Origin: Catajapyx aquilonaris
Taxonomy: Eukaryota
Direction of reading: 5' to 3'
DNA: 29,406 nucleotides
Assembly: GCA_000934665.2 (NCBI GenBank)
Contig: JYFJ02001101.1
Span: forward strand, 62,001-91,406
Part shown: positions 22,870 to 29,406 of the stretch, piece after piece
Numbering within the stretch: position 1 is the first letter of the stretch
How the letters are laid out: each line of letters opens with the position of its first letter
Notes under the pieces: model-generated
Database searches by the model: none
Told to the model about the DNA's origin: nothing
Seen by the model: the letters and a program-made list of their open reading frames with translations, nothing else
Translations under genes and position numbers: made by a program

Positions 22870-23560
22870 GCTTTATGAACATATTGGCAAAGATTTAGTC
22901 GTGGGAGTGGCCAGGGCCATTACCTCTTGCTTGAAAGGGGCAGGGCAGGGTGTGGTTGCAGATAGTTACGAGCAGCACTTACTTGCCTGCAATATGCAAT
23001 AAATTAGCGCCATTGTTGTGGAAATAACCCTTCTGTGTCAGAGGTTTTATATCGAGCCGAAACGCTTGAATTACTCAGGAACTTGCGCACATCTGTCTCG
23101 TAGTGACTCGATTCCGATTCAAAGATCGCGTGACAATACAATTTCCATCTAAAATGCTGAAGTGTTAATGTAGATCTAATTATGGTTAGATTAACGTAAA
23201 ATAATTTGTCATTATTTTGTGGGAAATCCATAGGTGTAGGAAATGTAGGGCTTGTTACGAGTATGGTACAGCCTTTGTAACGATTCGGGGGATCTGCTGG
23301 ACAGGTTGTGACAAGTTGCCTGTAATCTATCTGTGTGGATTGGGTGCAGAGTGAGCTCCTTGTTTGCCCCTGCCTTTATTTGACCCAGGGGTCGTGCCGA
23401 TGAGTTGTGGAAATGCCCTGGCCATTAGGCATCGAAAGAAGGAGAGAATATAATGGACCACAGAGGAATTGGGCACTTTTTGTTGAGTGTAGTTAATGAC
23501 AGTTTCCCTGTATTTTGGTCTAAATGGCTGCTTCTTCGTTCCCAATGTTCCCAATGTTTT
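22870..23560 (-). mobile_element. Decayed Ty3/Gypsy gag knuckle and aspartic protease
   Basis: Knuckle-like FFRCLM/PGHFHNSS (23440-23399, one frameshift), LFYVNLTI, AIFESESSH (23129-23103, resembles ALxDSGSSH), NNGANLLHIAGK*VLLVTICN (flap region) and HD*IFANMFI (22903-22874, resembles DxILGxDFL). Confidence 0.6.
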
Positions 23561-26366
23561 CTTAGTGTTGGTATACTTGGCAGGAGACCTTAAGTATTAG
23601 AGGACAATGTTGTTAGATATGATGGCCATTGTCTGAATATAAAGCATACTGTGCCACGTTTTCGGAGATATTATTTCATCATGCGATACAGAATTTGAGC
23701 TGCTGCATTCAACTCTGTTTCACTGATAATGGCTCAGATTAGCTTCAGTTGAATGACTAGAGCATACTGTAAAGATACAATGTAAAAGCCCACGGGCTAA
23801 TATCCACAGGGTTGAAGAAGATGAATACAGGATGGATATTTCCTTGGTTTTTTCCATTGAATTATTAATAATTATACAATATAATATTTCATAATTTCAT
23901 ACTATTCTGAAACAATTCAGATACAGCGATGTAAATACGCTAATAAACATTCCAGGGGCTTTATATAGGAGTACTTTTTCTTCTAAAACCGGGTTGGTCA
24001 CGTAGTTATAGGAAGAGCGTGTGCATCGGAGCCACATTTGGCTGGTCGAGGGTGTTGGCGATGCAGTTGCATATATAGGACCTGCTTGAATTCAATGCCG
24101 ACGTAATTAAGTCGGCACAGGCTCGCGTGCTTCGGCACACTCCAGAGGGAAATAGCATTCTCACTCGGAGGTGAAATGGCAATAAATAATAAATACAATG
24201 TGGTTGAATGGAGTTTCTATTGCTTGCGGGGGTGGGGTGAGACCATCGTCTACTGTCAGTTTGTTGGGAAGGAGGGGGGTGGGGGACTTATAGAGTGGGT
24301 GATCGATGCCTGGAGGATAGTCAATCTGCCCGATTGCTCTCTGGCGTATAAGAAAAGTCTTTTCACTGGGGCGGAATTTGCAAAATTACGGCCAACCGCA
24401 CTTCAATCCCGATGCTCATTTTAAATTAAAAGCTACGGCCAGGGTTTTCCAGTTGGAAAGTAATCACTAATCAGTCACAGTACATCCTGCAAGAGCCTGT
24501 AAGAGTAAATATTGCATGGTTCAGAACAAGGTGAGGTTTTTTAAATGTTAAACGAGACTACGACAGTGAATGTTTTTACTAAGTCCGGATTACAGTATAG
24601 GCCTACAGGACTGTACTACAGTTTCATTTTTTTGTAACATGAGGTCATCGGATGATCCTGAAACCTGCACAGATACTATAGAAGTATAGGTTATAAAATA
24701 ACGAGGCTCTTAAGAACACGAAACTTCATACCGCAGTCATCATATTTCCGAAGACTGAATGAAATCCTCCCCTCATTTTGACGAGATAGTATACGTTACT
24801 CCTAATGAATAGCACCTGAAGGCAGTGGATAAATCCCTTTGAGGCAGCACTACTTAATTAGTTTGCAGTCACTTTATACACTTGTGCTCGGCAATGCTCC
24901 GAGTGTTTTCGCAAATATAATCCTCTTTGAAAATTGCAATTATCCGCGCCAGCTATCCCCACATGAGCCGGGGTATATCAATGTAGGTCATGCTAATTTT
25001 GAGCCAAATAGACACACGGCGGGGAGAGTTTGAAAATAGAACTTCCATTTCATTTGGGGAAGTTTTGATGGATGGACCATGTTTCCATTGGGCAATTTAT
25101 CATATGGTGGAGGCCCCGGCCATAATAATTTACTTTGCACATTTCACGGCGTGGTGACTGTCTGTCACATCGAGCGAACAGTTCCAAATGTCAGCGCTAA
25201 TCTGCAGAACACCGCTCCCGGGCTAATTCCACCCCACAGGTCGGTCCCTTATCGGAGAAAGCTGGATGCGGGATCAGAAAAAAAAGAGACATGTGAAAAA
25301 TGCCAAGCGTCGTGGTCATTCCTAGCGATGCAAACAAAGGAAGGGGGGGAGGTCGTCTCACTTTGTATGCCGGAAGGAAGCGACGGGAGCGTTTTGAAAG
25401 CTTAACTCCGGGACGACCCGGGCTGCAAGCTGCTCTCTTTCCGGGAACGTAATCCAGAGGGAAGACCTGGAGAGCTGGGAAGAAGTAAAAAAAAAGAGTA
25501 GCTGGCAGCGATCGTGCCATACTCAGCAGGCCTCTGTTGCCGTCTCCAACCATGCGCCATTTCTCTTTCAACACCGGTTGTCAAGAGAGGGGGAGGGGTG
25601 GGGGAGACCACAAAGCTTAGTCATCAGCTTCCTAGTTTCACCCCATCACCACCTCCGCGGGGTTTTCTACAGTGTTAACAGTGTTTCCAGCTCGATGGCG
25701 CCGAAGGGAGTTAGTCGGTGCTTATGCGTTCTGAGTGCGTCCCCCTTCTATGCCCCCTCGGAGAAGTAGAGCGTCACCTCAGCATTTCAACTTGTGTGCA
25801 AGGCAGCAGCAGGAGGGGGGAAAGAGATAGTAAAGGGTGGGGGAGGGGGGGCTTTTATGGCTGATTACTGAAATTGCCAGAAAATGCGCGGGGGCATTTT
25901 GCCAGAAGGGGAGGAATGAAAGTCAGACGTGCCCAAGACGTTTGGTGCAACGGGTTCGCTTTCTTTTTTTATTAATTCCCCTCGGATACAACGTTGGATT
26001 TCCCAGGATTCTCCTTCAGAGAAGTCAGACGGCGATTTTTGACCCACAGTGACTCACAATTCAAAGTAGCAGTGATTGTCGCCGCCGCCGGTACTGGGTA
26101 GAATCGAAAGGATTCGCTGTTATTTTTCACTGTCAGAGACAAAATAGTGATTATTTTCAATTCCAGACACTGAGAGTATGCTGATTTCAAGCAGGTGTCT
26201 GCGCTTCGGCTGGTTTTCGAAGGGATGAATAAAATATTGGGGTTCGATCACAACATTTTAAGGAATTGCCGTTAATGCGGTAAATCCACGAAGGAGTGAT
26301 AAATAGCGTTTCTGCAGCCATTGATTTGCTTGCAGGGGGATCCGGGCAATAATGCATGAGAAGGTT

Positions 26367-26385
26367 CCCCCCCCCCCCCCCCCCN
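26367..26385. repeat. Poly-C homopolymer ending in an ambiguous base
   Basis: C run at 26367-26384 with n at 26385. Confidence 0.95.
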
Positions 26386-28786
26386 ACAATGACCGTGTTT
26401 AATCTTGTGATACCTACCCTCTCCAAAAAGATGAAATATTAAACTACTTACCGCTATTTATCTACGTCCTGAAGAGGCATTAATAATTTTCCAATGGAAT
26501 GTCTACTAAAATATTCAAGACGACCATGTTCGGGGGCATGGCAGCACAAGTGATACGTTCACCTCATATGCACTTTTGCACTAAATATTTCACACTTCAA
26601 CCTTTCATGCCTCGCATTGATCGACTCTCCCAATAAAAGTCCGTCGTTTGGAGGGTGAAAAAAGCAAGAGTGGTCACAATTGCAGTTATTAATAGGGGCC
26701 TACTTAGAGTGCGACAGCCGGTGGTCAGGAATAACTGTGATAGATCTACCATATTTAATCGTCTGACGTGTTTCGGACCTGACTGATATTTTGCTTCGCC
26801 GTGATTCTTGTGCACGCCTCGAGGCTTTTATTGCAAGATAGGGCGCAAAATGCACGCACGAGACGTATTTTTTTTACCAAGCACATTCCCCCTTTTTTTC
26901 GAAGAGGAATTTTCACGGAGGTCTCCCCCAATACGTGGGTCAACAAACTGCAGAATAACCTTCGTGATGAGATCTCCTGCAGAGAGTAAGAAAAAACGAG
27001 CTATATCTTAGTGCCTTATAAGGCAGCATGCACTAAAACGTTCCTCATGGGAAAACGCATTTTCCCAGGTCTGGTCTGGTTAATAATTCAGCAGCCTGCA
27101 ACTTTATCTACAGAGGGACGAAGGAAATGCAAAAATTTTATTAAGAACAACTAACCGGGCTTGTATAGAAACAGCGACATTTTTTTCCAGAGTTCGCCTT
27201 TTGATCTAACTGGTGCTAGCCGCAAGAGCGATTTTTATTAAAAGGTCCAGCCAGAAACAAACAACCCAACACGTAACATGCGTCATTTCCACTCTGTCGA
27301 GTACGTGCTTTTCGAGACGTGAAATAATAATAGTAAAAAATAGTAAAGCAAGAGGTAGAGCTATTCTGCGTGAGTTCTGCCTCTCTAATTTCGCAGGCCT
27401 GAGCAACGAGACGTGTGGAAATAAACCTCTCCCTTTTCTGCCCTGGAATATGACGACTGTTTCCCGATAAGGAAAAGGGAATGGAGAGGAATAATTAGGA
27501 GCCCGTTACGAGCATTCGTGTCGAACGAAATTTTCAGATTGATAAATCAGGCGCGAGGAAAATTCCAGGAAATAATTCATATTTTACGACAGGAGCGGTA
27601 TCAGCACAAAAAATAGCGCAATTGAATGTAAGGATTGGGGTGGCCTGTATGGAGCCAAAACTTTTTCAAAATTTCATGCGGTTGTTGGTAATTGATAGGC
27701 AATTACGTGGCCATTGCGCAGATAAGTAGGGGGGCGTTAATCGATGTTGGAGGGTAGAGAGAGACCCCCCCCACACACACACACATGCTGTCATTCACGA
27801 TTTTCTTGACGCGTGGCACTGGGCCTGCTGGCTGAGATAGCCACGTTTTACCCAAGGGGGATGTTAATCATACCCCTCTCGACTCGACACTATACCATTA
27901 CATTACTGTCTAATCATCAATCTGGGTTTAAGGGGGTTGGACGGAAGGGGAAATAGCAAAAGGGCGTGTTTTTGCCATTGGCAACCTGACGCATGTGGCC
28001 GTAAACTCAAAGGGCAAGGTCTATGTCTTCCGCAGAAATTCTGGGAAACTATACAATCCTCGTGCCACCTGAGTCCGATTATATATACAAGTTGTATCAG
28101 ATAATTCTGGCAAAAAGTTCCCTATAAGTACCTGATCAATTCATTTGAAATAATGACCTTTTCTTTCAACAATTTGCAAGTTTATCCTAGGAGTTTCCTG
28201 TAATAATTGTGAAACATCCTGTGCGCCCCAAGCACTTCACCTGAAAATCGTTCCTCATCCAGCACTCTATGCAACCCAAGTGGCTCTCGTACCCTGCGAT
28301 ACAGTCATAGTATATCCAGGCGGGGAGGCTTGGTTTTTTTTTTTTTGCTTTTTCAGGTCGAAGTAGTATGATGTTCTTGACCAAATTTCGGCCTCACTGA
28401 GGCCGAGGGCGCTTCTAAATGCTTGGCAGGTTGTTGGAAAAAAGTTAAGAGGCATCCTATCCCCGTTGTGGTTGTGTAATAACCCTTCAGGATGTACTGT
28501 AAGAGGGTTTTTTGCTATCATGTTTTAAACGGAGCGGTAGTATTCTTTGGGGTGCATTAGAGCCTGTATAGCGAAGGAGAGAAGAAGAGGATCCGGGGTT
28601 TATTAGATGAGGTTAGGCTAAATTGGGTTTATTCGCGCACTTTACGGTGATTAGATTTTTACGTTTCGATTGGAGAAGGGATTGTATTACAGTGAACAGT
28701 ATGTAGAGCAGGCTATTGAGAGCCAGTCATTTCCGCTTTCTTAAAATATCAATGTACTCTACAGTCGTGTACAGTACAGCCAATAC

Positions 28787-28890
28787 TTTGCACAAATTGA
28801 TTATTTCATTGCATGCCGACATGAACAAATTCATTTTGTTTGGTGCCTAAAGACTTTCTACATGTTGGCTCACAGGCAGATGATCTTTGG
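28787..28890 (+). mobile_element. Possible LINE apurinic-type endonuclease C-terminal fragment
   Basis: In-frame FAQIDYFIAC...LAHRQMI resembles the SxIDY...SDHxxI motifs of LINE endonucleases. Confidence 0.35.
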
Positions 28891-29406
28891 AATAGCAATA
28901 CTGTACCGAGCAACCGGGCTTTATGCAGTGTAAACGGCATCATAATTACGGCAGAACCTCATAAGGCAACGCAAGAGGTGTACCGCTCTCGTAAACACCA
29001 AGGCACAAACACTTGTGTTAAAATATTGCTAGCTTTTCTGGACTCTAGATTACAGCGAGTAAGGTAACACGAGATAATTACAAAAAAAGCATTGCTAAAC
29101 TCTGCATTTGAAGCAATTGCATTTTAAAACCACTCGTGAAGACTTAAAAAGCATAATTTGGTCAGAGTCCCATGTGGCTGATTTCAACATTTTTTTTGTA
29201 CATTTGAAGCTCCAGCTCTTTTAAGCAAATATAGAAGTTACAACGCACAGCACGCAGCTCTTATCGCCCACCCTAGATGTACCCACAATTTCTCTGTTTG
29301 GCTAACGTATAAGAAGCCAGATGAGACAGCCTGCTTTTTCCTTGCAACGCACGCGACCCTTTTATCGTCTCGTCGGAGTCAACATTTCCATTTTGGGTAT
29401 AGGCGC

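Noticed and set aside
24121..24140. U6 snRNA-like GTGCTTCGGCA
   Set aside because: Similarity stops after about 10 nt and no other U6 elements follow.
24722..24733. 12-nt match to miR-276 (AACTTCATACCG)
   Set aside because: The 5' seed and 3' end do not match and there is no hairpin.
1..29406. CRISPR array, prokaryotic operon, tRNA or rRNA genes
   Set aside because: No regularly spaced repeats, no long dense ORFs, and the isolated GGTTCGA B-box-like words (about 4000 and 20080) lack cloverleaf context.

Overview
This is eukaryotic, probably invertebrate-animal, non-coding DNA (intergenic or a long intron). I found no intact protein-coding gene, rRNA, tRNA or CRISPR array, and nearly all listed ORFs look like chance or antisense frames. 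Reading through stops and frameshifts shows a dense set of heavily decayed transposon relics: three non-LTR (LINE) reverse-transcriptase relics plus a probable endonuclease fragment, two Ty3/Gypsy-like clusters with Gag/protease on the minus strand beside RT(-RNase H) on the plus strand, a MULE transposase relic, a hAT C-terminal relic, two Tc1/mariner-type MITEs (one only 58 bp) and a foldback-like element. Between them lie unique tracts rich in homeodomain-type motifs. The best leads are a candidate recursive splice site with a short cryptic exon (5341-5409), a pre-miRNA-sized hairpin interrupting the YxDD position of a dead RT (13512-13578), and the repeated odd order and catalytic Glu of the Gag-protease relics. 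All protein-family calls come from motif matching by eye and need HMM confirmation. I found no convincing new biological system.
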